Shown: positions 9,965-19,731, counted from the first letter of the stretch. The stretch: DNA of 64,000 nucleotides from Sandaracinaceae bacterium (GCA_045106715.1 JBGCFC010000009.1:64001-128000); one strand, 5' to 3'. A program made the numbers and translations. Notes: generated by a model not told the origin, from the sequence alone.

Positions 9965-10342
9965 GTGCAGGGAAGGGCCCAAATCCTCGTTGCCGAGGAC
10001 GACGCTGATGTGCGCCGGATGCTCGAGCAGCTGCTCGGTACGCTGGGGGACGTCACGGCGTGCATGGACGGTCAGGCCGCGCTCGACGCGATGCAAGGCG
10101 GTCTTCGGCCGGATGTGCTGGTGACGGACGTGATGATGCCGCGGATGGATGGCGTCGCGCTCGCCCGCGCGATGAAGAACGTCCCGCATCTCCACAATGT
10201 CCCGGTGGTGATGTTGACCGCCCGCACGGGCCCACGAGACGTGATCGCCGGCATCAACGCGGGCGCGCGCTTCTACGTCACCAAGCCGTTCAAGACCGAC
10301 GAGCTGCTCAACAAGGTCAAGAAAGCCCTCGGGCCTCGTTGA
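9965..10342 (+). CDS. stand-alone response regulator receiver domain (CheY-like)
   Basis: 'ILVAEDDADVRRML...VLVTDVMMPRMDGVALARAM...VVMLTAR...FYVTKPF' shows the acid pocket, the phospho-Asp in 'VTDVMMP', and the conserved T and K. Confidence 0.85.
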   Translation: MQGRAQILVAEDDADVRRMLEQLLGTLGDVTACMDGQAALDAMQGGLRPDVLVTDVMMPRMDGVALARAMKNVPHLHNVPVVMLTARTGPRDVIAGINAGARFYVTKPFKTDELLNKVKKALGPR

Positions 10343-10394
10343 GCCTCGAGGGACAGTTGAGCTTCGAAGGACAGTTGAGCCTCGAAGGACAGCG
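10341..10394 (+). repeat. 3 x 18-bp tandem repeat immediately after the receiver-gene stop
   Basis: 'gagcctcgagggacagtt / gagcttcgaaggacagtt / gagcctcgaaggacagcg' read directly from the sequence. Confidence 0.6.
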
Positions 10395-10407
10395 CTGAGC
10401 GGACACC

Positions 10408-12189
10408 GTGGGGAGAAGGAAGCCCAAACGACGCGCCAAGCGCGGGTCGGGGCCCTCGTCGCGCGCCCACGAGGCCAAGCGGGAGGGCGCGCCGACCGAG
10501 CCCGAACTGCCGAAGGCAGAGGACGCGAAGTCCCCACCGCGGGACTGGGCGGAGATCGGACGCGCGTACGGCCTGTTGCTCGCCAGCGCGGTACTGATGT
10601 TCCTCGGCTTTGCGGGGTTCGGCGTCTGGCCGCTGGCGTTTGTGGGCATGGTGCCCGCGCTGCTCGTCATGGACGGCCGCACGGGACCCTGGTTCGCGCG
10701 CTCGGAGCGGCCAACGGGCTGGGTGTTCTTCCGGCGGGCGCTCTTCTTCGGCTACGTCGCGTACTACGGCGGCTTCTATTGGGTCGTGAACACGATCGTG
10801 GATTTCGGGGGCTTCCCGTACCCGCTCGCGTTGGCGTTCGCCTCGATCTACTTCCTCTACCAGGCCACCGAGTACGTCTTGATGCTCTGGCTCTTCCGGC
10901 GCGCCCGGGATCGCGGCTTCTCCGCGGCCCTGTCGCTGGTGGCGGCGTTTGTCACCGCCGAACTCGTGTTCCCGGCCCTGTTTGACCACTTCTACGGCAA
11001 CAGCTTCCACATGTTGCCCTGGTTGGTGCAGATCGCCGACCTCGGGGGCCCGCTGCTCCTGAGCGGCCTCGCGATGCTGGGCAACGGCGCGCTCTACGAG
11101 GTGGTCCTCGGCCGCATCGAGAGGAGGCCGATGCCCTGGCGCGCGCCAGCGGCGTTCCTCGGGGCGATGGTGTTCACGCTCGGATACAGCGCCTATCGGA
11201 TCGACGAGGTCGATCGGCGCATGGCCGACGCCCCCACGATGACGGTCGGCGTCGTGCAGACCAACATGGGCATCTACGAGAAGCGGGAGGACCCGGGCGA
11301 AGGGTTGCGCCGCCACCTCGCCCAGTCCCGTGCACTCGAGGAAGAGCACAACCTCGATCTGCTCGTCTGGCCGGAGTCCGCCGCCACCTTCCCGCTGCCG
11401 CGAGACGAAGGGGTCGATGCGTTTCAGGCCTTTGGCCAGGCGGCGCGCTTCTACCGTGTCGAGGCCGGGCCGCCGCCGACGACGCCCACGATGTTTGGCG
11501 GGCTGAGCACCGAGCGAGGTCCAGACGGGCGGCTTCTCTACAACACCGCGTTCCTCACCGACCAAGACGGACTCGTCCAGGGCCACTACGACAAGACGTA
11601 CCTGCTCGCGTTCGGGGAGTACCTGCCGTTCGGCGAGACCTTCCCGATCATGTACGAGTGGAGCCCCAACACCGGGCACTTCCAGCAGGGCGATCATGTC
11701 CGGCCGCTCGAGCTGAACGGCTTCCGGATCGGAGCGCTCGTCTGCTACGAGGACATCCTCCCGAGCTTCGTGCGCCAGGTGATGGAGAACGACCCGCACG
11801 TCCTGGTCAACATCACCAACGACGCTTGGTTCGGCGACACCCAAGAGCCCTACATCCACCTGGCGCTGGCCAAGATGCGGGCCGTTGAGCAGCACCGCTA
11901 CCTCGTCCGCGCCACCAACACGGGGGTCAGCGCCATCATCGACCCGATGGGGCGCACGGTGGCGGAAGGACCGCTGTTTGGGCGATGGCAGGGCGCCGCC
12001 GAGGTCCACATGCTCGAGGGCCAGACGGTCTTCCAGACCCTCGGGCACTGGCCCGGCTTCCTCGCGCTCGGCACCATCGTGTACATTGGCTTCGTCGGAC
12101 GTCGGAATCCGTCTCCATCGCCGTCTCCGCCTGCTCCGGCCGCCTCTTCCGGGGCGGCCCTTCGCCGGCGCGACGACGAAGAAGAGTGA
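10408..12189 (+). CDS. lnt: apolipoprotein N-acyltransferase
   Basis: An N-terminal multi-TM region is followed by a CN-hydrolase domain with 'LLVWPESA' and the catalytic Cys in 'GALVCYEDI'. The GTG start is at 10408. Confidence 0.9.
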   Translation: MGRRKPKRRAKRGSGPSSRAHEAKREGAPTEPELPKAEDAKSPPRDWAEIGRAYGLLLASAVLMFLGFAGFGVWPLAFVGMVPALLVMDGRTGPWFARSERPTGWVFFRRALFFGYVAYYGGFYWVVNTIVDFGGFPYPLALAFASIYFLYQATEYVLMLWLFRRARDRGFSAALSLVAAFVTAELVFPALFDHFYGNSFHMLPWLVQIADLGGPLLLSGLAMLGNGALYEVVLGRIERRPMPWRAPAAFLGAMVFTLGYSAYRIDEVDRRMADAPTMTVGVVQTNMGIYEKREDPGEGLRRHLAQSRALEEEHNLDLLVWPESAATFPLPRDEGVDAFQAFGQAARFYRVEAGPPPTTPTMFGGLSTERGPDGRLLYNTAFLTDQDGLVQGHYDKTYLLAFGEYLPFGETFPIMYEWSPNTGHFQQGDHVRPLELNGFRIGALVCYEDILPSFVRQVMENDPHVLVNITNDAWFGDTQEPYIHLALAKMRAVEQHRYLVRATNTGVSAIIDPMGRTVAEGPLFGRWQGAAEVHMLEGQTVFQTLGHWPGFLALGTIVYIGFVGRRNPSPSPSPPAPAASSGAALRRRDDEEE

Positions 12190-12266
12190 GCTGACGCGAA
12201 GATGCCATTTGACTCCCTCGCCCCGATGGCGTTCATTCGCCCCCGGGGTCTCTCGCGCGGTTTGCC

Positions 12267-13268
12267 ATGACACTTCGACGTCGCCTTCCATTCCTGCTGG
12301 CTCTCGTGACCATGTGTTTCGCCGCGTGGCCCGGGAACGTCGACGCCGCGCCGTGGTCCCGCGCGTTCATCAACGGCGTGCCCGTGCCGGTGAGCTTCAA
12401 CGACGGCGACTCCTTCCGCGTCTTCGGCGGCGAATACAGCGGCAGCCAGTGCCGGCTTGCCGGGTTCAACACGCTCGAGAGCTTCGGGCCCGCCCACCAG
12501 TGGGGCGATTGGCACCCGTACGAGCTGTACATCAACGCCAAGATGGCCACGTACAACGGCCGGCGCGGTGTCTGGCACTGCAACACGGACGGCTCCCGCG
12601 ACGGATACGGCCGCCTCTTGGTGGATTGCCCCGACCTCGTGGTCGATCAGATCCGCCGCGGCTTCGCCCACGCGTACAACATCGATGACAACCCAGCGCG
12701 GCCCGAGTATTTGCGCGCTCAGCAGGACGCGATCCGCAACCGGCGCGGCATGTGGGCGCACGGCGTGCCGGACTACCTGATGACGTCCGTGCACTCGGCC
12801 GACGAGCAAGCGAGTCGCGAGTGGCACTACAACCGCTTGGTCTCGACGCGCGACGCGCACACCGAGTCCATGCAGCACCAGAACACCTACGCCGAGTGCG
12901 ATTGGGTCTGCAACGACGAGATCCGCGTCGACATGGGTCCCGTGACCGCGGCGGCGCGTCGCCTCCGTGAGGACTCGGCGATCGCACCTGAGGTGGCCGA
13001 GTTCTTCAACCTGCACCTCATCGAGTTCGTCTCGCGTTTCCGCCGCGTGGGTGAGCTGCCCGAGTACCTCACCGGTCCTGCGCGCGGCTTGATTCAGGCC
13101 CGGCTCGAGCGTGAGCAGGCACAGGGGCTGCTGGGCGAGACCCGCACCGAGCGCGGCTCGTGCATGATTCACGTGCCGTTCCAGCGGCGCTACGGACAGG
13201 GCAGCGCGGCGTGCCTGCGCGGGCATGGCACCTGGCAGCGACCAGGCGAAGAGGGAGACCACCACTGA
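12267..13268 (+). CDS. secreted staphylococcal-nuclease (SNase/thermonuclease)-like nuclease
   Basis: Signal peptide, then 'GDSFRV...CRLAGFNTLE', which matches the SNase Ca-site/active-site pattern ('GDT.KV...RLLLVDTPE'). Its stop overlaps the next start (TGATG). Confidence 0.8.
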   Translation: MTLRRRLPFLLALVTMCFAAWPGNVDAAPWSRAFINGVPVPVSFNDGDSFRVFGGEYSGSQCRLAGFNTLESFGPAHQWGDWHPYELYINAKMATYNGRRGVWHCNTDGSRDGYGRLLVDCPDLVVDQIRRGFAHAYNIDDNPARPEYLRAQQDAIRNRRGMWAHGVPDYLMTSVHSADEQASREWHYNRLVSTRDAHTESMQHQNTYAECDWVCNDEIRVDMGPVTAAARRLREDSAIAPEVAEFFNLHLIEFVSRFRRVGELPEYLTGPARGLIQARLEREQAQGLLGETRTERGSCMIHVPFQRRYGQGSAACLRGHGTWQRPGEEGDHH

Positions 13269-14932
13269 TGCCGTTCCCCCGTCGCTCCTCCGCTCTGCCG
13301 ACTTGGCCGCGGATCGTCTGCGCGCTGGCCATGTCGGCGCTGTTCGCGGGTTGCTTTACGCTCGACCGGGATGCCGACGGCCGCATCGCGCAGCCTCCGC
13401 CCCAGGGCTACGAGGTGGACTACCTGAGCTGTTCGAACGGCGTCGACGACGACCAGGACGGCCGGACGGATTGCCAGGACGAGGACTGCTACAGCCGTGG
13501 GCATTGCGGCGAGCAGATCCCGCTCCAGCGTGACCCCCACCCCGAGGCCAGCTTCAGCTTCTGCATCGACGGCGTCGACAACGACGACGATGGGCAGTTC
13601 GATTGCGGCGACCGTGGCTGCCAGAACATCCGCGAGCTCTGCTGCCTGAGCGAGTTCGACGACGAGAGCTGCTCCGACGGAATCGACAACGACGGCAACG
13701 GCTTCGCCGACTGCGCGGACTTCTCGTGCCGGAACGGCGTGTTCGTCACGGTGTGTGAGGCGGAGACCAACTGCGGTGACCGGCTCGACAACGACGGAGA
13801 TCGGCTCACCGACTGCAACGACGACGACTGCCAGAACGAGCCGATGTGCGAGGAGCGCGACTGCGACAACGGTGAGGACGACGATGGTGACGAGTTGGTC
13901 GACTGCGCCGACCCGTCGTGCGCGGGCAACCCGGCGTGCCCGGCCGAGAGCGACTGCGGCAACATGGTCGACGACAACGGTGACGGACGCACCGACTGCG
14001 CCGACATCAGCTGCACCATGAGCCCCGCCTGCCTGGGCGAAGAGAACACGGTCTCCCGCTGCCAAGACATGATCGACAACGATGGCAACGGCTTCACCGA
14101 CTGCGAAGACTTCAGCTGCTCGATGTCGACCGACCCGGCGGTGATGGCGCTGTGCAGCGGCGGCGGGATGGAGACCTCTCTCGCGGCCTGCTCCGACGAG
14201 GAGGACAACGACAACAACGGCTTCACCGACTGCGACGACTTCAGCTGCTCGCGCTCGATGAACCAAGAGGTGCTCGACTACTGCGCAGAACAGGCGGAGA
14301 CCGGCCTGGACAAGTGCACGGACGGAGTCGACAACGACGGCAACGGGTTCGTCGACTGCGACGATAACGCCTGCCGCTTCGCCAACGAGCCCGCGGTCCG
14401 CGAGGCGTGCGAGGCGACGCTTGCGAGTTGCACGGACAACATCGACAACAACGGCAACGGGTTCGTCGACTGCGCCGACTTCTCCTGCCGGTTCCACTCG
14501 TTCACCGCCGCGGGGCTTTGTGACGACGCAGGCGGCTGCCCGAACGGGCTGGCCTGTTTCCGAGGCAGCTGCCTCTCGGTGATCAGCCCTTGCCAGGAGG
14601 GGTCCGAGCCGGGCGGGAACTTCGAGCCCGTGGGCGCGCCGCTGCCGGATGACCTGACCACGGAGGAGCGCCGTCGCATCGCGGTGGCGGGCTGCACCGA
14701 CGGACGCGACGACGACCGCGACGGCTTCGTCGACTGCGAAGACTGGGACTGCAACTACAACCCCCTCGTCATCGACGAGGAGGGCAACCCCATCTGCCGC
14801 TTTGCGGGTGGGCGAACGTGCACACAGGGAGCGCGCGCCGGGGAGGCGTGTTCTTCCGACGATGATTGCTCGGGACTCTCCGGCGCGTGCGGACCTCCGG
14901 GACCGCGCGGCGCCGTGATGGTGTGCCCGTAG
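13268..14932 (+). CDS. lipoprotein with ~11 Cys/Asp-rich 'CxDGxDNDGNGFxDCxDFSC' repeats
   Basis: The ATG at 13268 overlaps the nuclease stop. Lipobox 'LFAGC' is followed by ~40-aa repeats resembling the myxobacterial MopE-type putative metal-binding motif. Confidence 0.8.
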   Translation: MPFPRRSSALPTWPRIVCALAMSALFAGCFTLDRDADGRIAQPPPQGYEVDYLSCSNGVDDDQDGRTDCQDEDCYSRGHCGEQIPLQRDPHPEASFSFCIDGVDNDDDGQFDCGDRGCQNIRELCCLSEFDDESCSDGIDNDGNGFADCADFSCRNGVFVTVCEAETNCGDRLDNDGDRLTDCNDDDCQNEPMCEERDCDNGEDDDGDELVDCADPSCAGNPACPAESDCGNMVDDNGDGRTDCADISCTMSPACLGEENTVSRCQDMIDNDGNGFTDCEDFSCSMSTDPAVMALCSGGGMETSLAACSDEEDNDNNGFTDCDDFSCSRSMNQEVLDYCAEQAETGLDKCTDGVDNDGNGFVDCDDNACRFANEPAVREACEATLASCTDNIDNNGNGFVDCADFSCRFHSFTAAGLCDDAGGCPNGLACFRGSCLSVISPCQEGSEPGGNFEPVGAPLPDDLTTEERRRIAVAGCTDGRDDDRDGFVDCEDWDCNYNPLVIDEEGNPICRFAGGRTCTQGARAGEACSSDDDCSGLSGACGPPGPRGAVMVCP

Positions 14933-14960
14933 TAGACCGACGACTCGAGGAGAGAATCGA

Positions 14961-16784
14961 ATGATGGGCCAAGGGTCGCGCGCCGCTCAGGCGCTGGCGA
15001 AGATGTGGGGCACCGCTTGTGTGCTGGGTGTGGGGTTGACGATGGTCGCCGCGCCCGCGTTCGCACAGGACGACGCGAACCCCGAGGATGGATACGTCGC
15101 GCCCCCCCCGGCCGACGACCCCGGCGCTCCTCCTCCTCCGCCTCCGCCGGCCCAGGCGGTTCCGGCGCCGGCCATGACGCAGGTGGCGCCGCCGCCGCCG
15201 GCGGTCGCGCGCGAGACGGTGTGCGACGACCGTCAGGACGACGACAACGACGGCATGCCCGACTGCGCGGACGCCGACTGCTTCGGTGACCCCCACTGCC
15301 AGGCCGGTGGCCAGTCGGAGCAGAACAACGACCGCTGCAGCGACTGGATCGACAACGACGGCGACGGCGCGGTCGACTGCGAAGACCAGGACTGCCAGGG
15401 CGAGCTCATCACCGTCTGCAACGGCAGCTACACCGGCCCGACCGGCGGCCAGGGCACCAACCTCGGCACACCGGGCGGCAACGCGGGGGACGAGGTTCCG
15501 GAGCTGACCGGCGACATGAGCGTCGAGGACCTCATTGGCCGCGGCGGCGATGCGGACGGTGAACGCGACGACTACGTGTGCAGCGACGGCGTCGACAACG
15601 ACGGCGACGGCCGCACCGACTGCTCGGACTTCGGCTGCCGATTCGACCCTTCGGTCACGGTCTGCGCCAGCTCCCCGGGGATCCGCTTCAGCGTGGTCGC
15701 GGGCCTCGCGGGCAGCCTGCGTTTCGACGAGACGCCGGACATCGACGGCGACGGCCTCACCGAGTACACGGACCCGATCGGCGACGTGCGCTTCACGCGG
15801 ATTCAGCTCCGCGCGCTCGGTCCGATCCCGTTCATCCAGAACTCCTTCTTCCTCATCAACGTGCGCGCCGAGCGCACGGTGCGGATGACGTTCGCAACCT
15901 TCAACATCCCGCTCGGCAACGACGGACACTATCTCTCGCTCAACAGCGGCTCCGGTGGTTTGAGCCCCGGCCTGATCGTGTCGACGTCGAAGCAGCCGCT
16001 TCTCGATCCGCCTTTCTACCTGTTCAACGCGTTTGAGCAGGGCAGCGGCGCGGCCCTCGAAGTGGGCGGCCCCATCACCGACGACAACGTGCTGCGGTTC
16101 CGGATCTTCGGCGCCGGCGGCTCAGGCGAGTTCAACGGCAACGTGGGCGGGCGCTTCTTCCGTAGTGAGGACCGCAACTTCAGCTACGCGGGTGGCGCTC
16201 AGATCCGCGCCAACCTCATCGGACACTCGTCACGCTTCGACACGCCGTTCCTGTACACCGAGGTGCCGATGGCGCTCTCCATCGTCGGTGGTGTCCGCTG
16301 GGATCAGCGTCCGGTCGAGCGCTATCTCGCGTGGAACGTGTTCGCGCTCTGGCGCTTCTGGCACTTGTCCTTCCGGGCGGAGAGCTACAGCCGCTACGTG
16401 CTCGACTTCGACGGCGTGCAGACCGCGTGGAACTTCCAGGCGTCCATTCTGCTCGTGCCGCGCACGCTGATGCTGGCGTTCGATGTCGGCGGCTTCTTCG
16501 TGCCGCTTCGCTACGACCCCGCCGCGGTCACCTCGGGCGGCGGATTCAGCTCGCAGTTCCGCGAGCCGGTCGAGGAGTTCCAGGCCCGCGCGGCGCTGCA
16601 CTGGTACTACTTCCGCAACATCGGGATCATGAGCTTGCTGTATGGGATCCGGCTGCGTTGTGCGGTCGACGACCGCGACGGAGCCAGCGGTGTGTTCGGG
16701 GGCCAGTGCCTGCCGAGCACGGCGACGCCCGAGGCAGCGCTCACCGAGCATGAGGTCCGGCTCGAAGCGCAGTTCCGCTTCTGA
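14961..16784 (+). CDS. outer-membrane beta-barrel protein with N-terminal Cys/Asp repeat module
   Basis: Signal peptide, a Pro-rich stretch, then four 'CxDxxDNDGDGxxDCxDxDC' repeats. The C-terminal ~400 aa has alternating-hydrophobic beta-strand character and ends in an aromatic residue ('...RLEAQFRF'). Confidence 0.75.
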   Translation: MMGQGSRAAQALAKMWGTACVLGVGLTMVAAPAFAQDDANPEDGYVAPPPADDPGAPPPPPPPAQAVPAPAMTQVAPPPPAVARETVCDDRQDDDNDGMPDCADADCFGDPHCQAGGQSEQNNDRCSDWIDNDGDGAVDCEDQDCQGELITVCNGSYTGPTGGQGTNLGTPGGNAGDEVPELTGDMSVEDLIGRGGDADGERDDYVCSDGVDNDGDGRTDCSDFGCRFDPSVTVCASSPGIRFSVVAGLAGSLRFDETPDIDGDGLTEYTDPIGDVRFTRIQLRALGPIPFIQNSFFLINVRAERTVRMTFATFNIPLGNDGHYLSLNSGSGGLSPGLIVSTSKQPLLDPPFYLFNAFEQGSGAALEVGGPITDDNVLRFRIFGAGGSGEFNGNVGGRFFRSEDRNFSYAGGAQIRANLIGHSSRFDTPFLYTEVPMALSIVGGVRWDQRPVERYLAWNVFALWRFWHLSFRAESYSRYVLDFDGVQTAWNFQASILLVPRTLMLAFDVGGFFVPLRYDPAAVTSGGGFSSQFREPVEEFQARAALHWYYFRNIGIMSLLYGIRLRCAVDDRDGASGVFGGQCLPSTATPEAALTEHEVRLEAQFRF

Positions 16785-16818
16785 AGCGGGGCCAGTCCAG
16801 CTCGCGAGGCGGAGATCG

Positions 16819-17925
16819 ATGCGGCGACGACACGCGACCTGGATGGCCGGACTGGTGCTGCTCGGTGGGCTCGCGTTTGTGCTCCGCTACACCTTGCTCC
16901 TCGACTTCGAGCAGTATGTCGCTGGGCTCGAGGACGAACATATGGCGGCGCTGCAAGAGCAGATGGCGGAGAACTTCGCCCGGCTCGCCGAGGGCGAGCC
17001 GATCGAGCCTCCAGTGCGTCCGTCTCGGCGAGCCCGGCTCGACCGGGATGAGGTGGATGCGCTCGCTGCGCGCTTCGCCGAGGTGGGGCTGAACGATCCG
17101 GTCGAGCTCGGGGGCGTTCTGCAGTTCCGAGGACTCTCCAGCCCGGAGGGGGCGGAGAGGTTCGAGCGAAGGGTTCACCGGCTCGCGGAGGAACAAGGTG
17201 CCATCCCTCGGATGGTGGTGGCGATGAACGAGTGGCGGCTTGACGATGTCCGCCGCAGCCGAGTGGAGCGTTCTCGCCCTGACGCCGACGCCGCGTGGGA
17301 GCACCTCGACGCGTCTCAGCGGGAGGCGGTCGATGCCGCCTGGCAAGAACATGGCGGGTCGATCTTCGGCAGCATCCTCCGTTTGCGCGAGGCGCTCACC
17401 GACGCGCGGCGTTTGGGCGAGCTACAGCGTACCGCTGCGCTTCTGGAGTCGGACCCTCCCGAGGACCGAAGCCTCGACGGCCTGCGTGAGTACGCCATGC
17501 AGACGATCTACGAGATCGATCCGGAGAGCATTCTCGACCTCGACATGGTGGGCTGTTCGTACCAGCTGGAGCCGACCGCCTCAGCTCAGCAAGTGCGCCT
17601 GACGCTCGACTGCCTGCGCCTCGACGAGCCGGGCGTTGGGGACGTCGCTTTCGAAGGCCTCCTGGTTCATCTCCCCTTGCGGCCCTTCAACCGGGTGGCC
17701 ACCGAAGCGGCGCTCGGCGTTCTCGCGGGGCGGCTCATCGATGCTTCGGCGTACGGGGAACTCCCCGTGCAAGGCGCTGTCGTGGAGGAGTGGATCGTCG
17801 AAACGGAGCGGCGGACCGGATGTGACATCGCGTATGAGCCTCTCGCCACAGGTGAGACCGCGGAGCTGACCGCCCGCTGTGGTGAAGAGACGGTAACGCG
17901 TACGCTCGAAGCGCCCCCCCGCTGA
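16819..17925 (+). CDS. membrane-anchored hypothetical protein
   Basis: ATG at 16819 ('MRRRHATWMAGLVLLGGLAFVL', an N-terminal TM) followed by a soluble domain. The upstream part of ORF 16642.. overlaps the previous gene. Confidence 0.5.
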   Translation: MRRRHATWMAGLVLLGGLAFVLRYTLLLDFEQYVAGLEDEHMAALQEQMAENFARLAEGEPIEPPVRPSRRARLDRDEVDALAARFAEVGLNDPVELGGVLQFRGLSSPEGAERFERRVHRLAEEQGAIPRMVVAMNEWRLDDVRRSRVERSRPDADAAWEHLDASQREAVDAAWQEHGGSIFGSILRLREALTDARRLGELQRTAALLESDPPEDRSLDGLREYAMQTIYEIDPESILDLDMVGCSYQLEPTASAQQVRLTLDCLRLDEPGVGDVAFEGLLVHLPLRPFNRVATEAALGVLAGRLIDASAYGELPVQGAVVEEWIVETERRTGCDIAYEPLATGETAELTARCGEETVTRTLEAPPR

Positions 17926-17985
17926 GGTCTCGTTTCCGAAGGCGGCACGAGGCCCGACTCGGCGCTGTCCCACGTCGGTGCTAGG

Positions 17986-18654
17986 GTGTCTGCGATGACT
18001 TTCCTTTGGCGCCGGGCGGGTGCAGTCGGTCTCGCCGCGTTGCTCACGACCCTGCTCGCGGGCTGTCCCCGCACGGTGGGCCCGACCGACACGGGGCCGG
18101 AGCCGGGCGAAGACGGCGGGACGAGCAACTACGACCCCGTCATGGGCATGCCTTTTACGGGCACTCCTGAGTTCGACGACGAGCGCGTGCGGAACCTCGA
18201 TCCCTCGCTGTTGCGGGCGGGCGACACGCCGTGCCGCGCGCCGATCCTCGGCCGCGTCGTGCAAGCGGTCGATGGAGACACGATCCTGGTCGACGGCGAA
18301 TCGGAGGTGTTCAACGCGCGGGTCCGAATGATCGGAGTGGACACGCCGGAGCTCGCCCACGACGGAATGGGGGCGGAGTGCTACGCGCGGGAGGCGCAGG
18401 AGTTCACGGAGAACCTCGTCGACCACCTCGTGTACCTCACGTTCGACAACGAGTGCTTCGACCGGTTCGACCGGCCGCTCGCGTACATCCACGTCGGGGG
18501 CGGCCAGGGTGATATCTGGGAGCGACAGCTTCTCCGGCGCGGTTTCGGCGAGAGCTTCCCGTTCGGCGACAACCGCACATACGAAGCGCTCTTCGCGGGC
18601 GACCAGCAAACCGCGGTCCGAGACGGCGTCGGCAAGTGGGGCATCTGTTTCTGA
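17986..18654 (+). CDS. SNase/thermonuclease-like lipoprotein (second paralog)
   Basis: Lipobox 'LLAGC', then 'GDTILVDG...ARVRMIGVDTPE' at the SNase active site. Alternative ATG at 17995. Confidence 0.8.
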   Translation: MSAMTFLWRRAGAVGLAALLTTLLAGCPRTVGPTDTGPEPGEDGGTSNYDPVMGMPFTGTPEFDDERVRNLDPSLLRAGDTPCRAPILGRVVQAVDGDTILVDGESEVFNARVRMIGVDTPELAHDGMGAECYAREAQEFTENLVDHLVYLTFDNECFDRFDRPLAYIHVGGGQGDIWERQLLRRGFGESFPFGDNRTYEALFAGDQQTAVRDGVGKWGICF

Positions 18655-18694
18655 GCCGCGCTCGTCGGTCCGCTGCCTCTACCTGCGATCCGTG

Positions 18695-19657
18695 ATGCCC
18701 CTTCGCCGAAGTGCTTTGCCCGCTGCGCTCGCTCTGGTCCTTAGCGGGTGCGGGGTCGAGGGCTGCAGTGCGGGCCCGGCGGCGCACCTCCCGGATCCGC
18801 AGTCCGCGCCGGCCGCGGAGTTGCCGAGCGAGGCCGCCTATCCGGCGGCTGTCGTCGAGTCGCTGCCAAGCGCGACGCCCGCATCGACCGTGACGATCGA
18901 CCCCTCGGGGGTGAGTGTCGACAACGTCGAGCTGCTCACGTCGTGGCCACCCGATGCGCTCGCACGTGCGCAGGCCTCGTCCAGTGTGGAGGGCTGGCCG
19001 CGCGTGCAGGTCAGCTTGCCGTACCCTTCAGACGAGACGGGGGAGATCCCGGCGCTCCGCGCCGCGCTCACTCAAACGCGGGAGGCCGAGCGCGCCGCGA
19101 CGGGAGCCGGCCAGGGGGCGGGCACCTACAACCTGCGGGTGGCCAATGCGGTGCCGTTTCGTGTCCTTCAGCGGGTGCTCTTCAGCAGCGCCATGGCTGG
19201 CTATGGGCCCCCTCGGATCCTCGTTTCTTCCCCGGCCGGAGACCGCCTGCTCCAATGGCCTTCGTCGTTGCCCCGGAACGTGCCCACGCCCGAGCAGTTC
19301 GCCGCGCTCATGAGAGGCGCGCCGCTCCCTGAAAATCCGGACGCACTGCCGGAGCCCGAGCGCCCGGCGCGCGCGATCCTTCGTCCCGACGGCGCGGTGC
19401 AAGTTCAGCTCGGGGACGCCACTCAGACGGCCGGCTGTGCGGCCGCGTCCGAAGAGCCGGACCCGGTCACGCTGCTGCCAGACGCCTCGCCCGCAAGCTT
19501 CGCTCGCTGTTTCGAAGCCCTCCATCCGCGCACCGACGAAGACGCCATCGCGCTGTTCATCGCCGCCGATGTGCCCTTTGCTCAGCTGTCGCCCGTGGTG
19601 CAGCACGCCACCCGCGTCTTCGACCAGGTGCGTGTCCGAAGGCAGCCGTCTCCGTAG
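18695..19657 (+). CDS. lipoprotein, hypothetical
   Basis: An internal ATG at 18695 gives 'MPLRRSALPAALALVLSGC'; Ala/Pro-rich with no recognisable domain. Confidence 0.5.
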   Translation: MPLRRSALPAALALVLSGCGVEGCSAGPAAHLPDPQSAPAAELPSEAAYPAAVVESLPSATPASTVTIDPSGVSVDNVELLTSWPPDALARAQASSSVEGWPRVQVSLPYPSDETGEIPALRAALTQTREAERAATGAGQGAGTYNLRVANAVPFRVLQRVLFSSAMAGYGPPRILVSSPAGDRLLQWPSSLPRNVPTPEQFAALMRGAPLPENPDALPEPERPARAILRPDGAVQVQLGDATQTAGCAAASEEPDPVTLLPDASPASFARCFEALHPRTDEDAIALFIAADVPFAQLSPVVQHATRVFDQVRVRRQPSP

Positions 19658-19731
19658 CGAAAGCAGCCTCCGCAAGGAAAGAACCCCCGCGACCCGGAGG
19701 GCGGCGGGGGTCTTCGGAGCGCTCGGCGGCC

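Noticed and set aside
10273-12291. 672-aa ORF antisense to lnt
   Set aside because: It is extremely Arg/Gly/Pro-rich ('RRRRWRRIP...') with no motifs, and lies opposite a high-confidence Lnt CDS. This is a typical GC-bias artefact.
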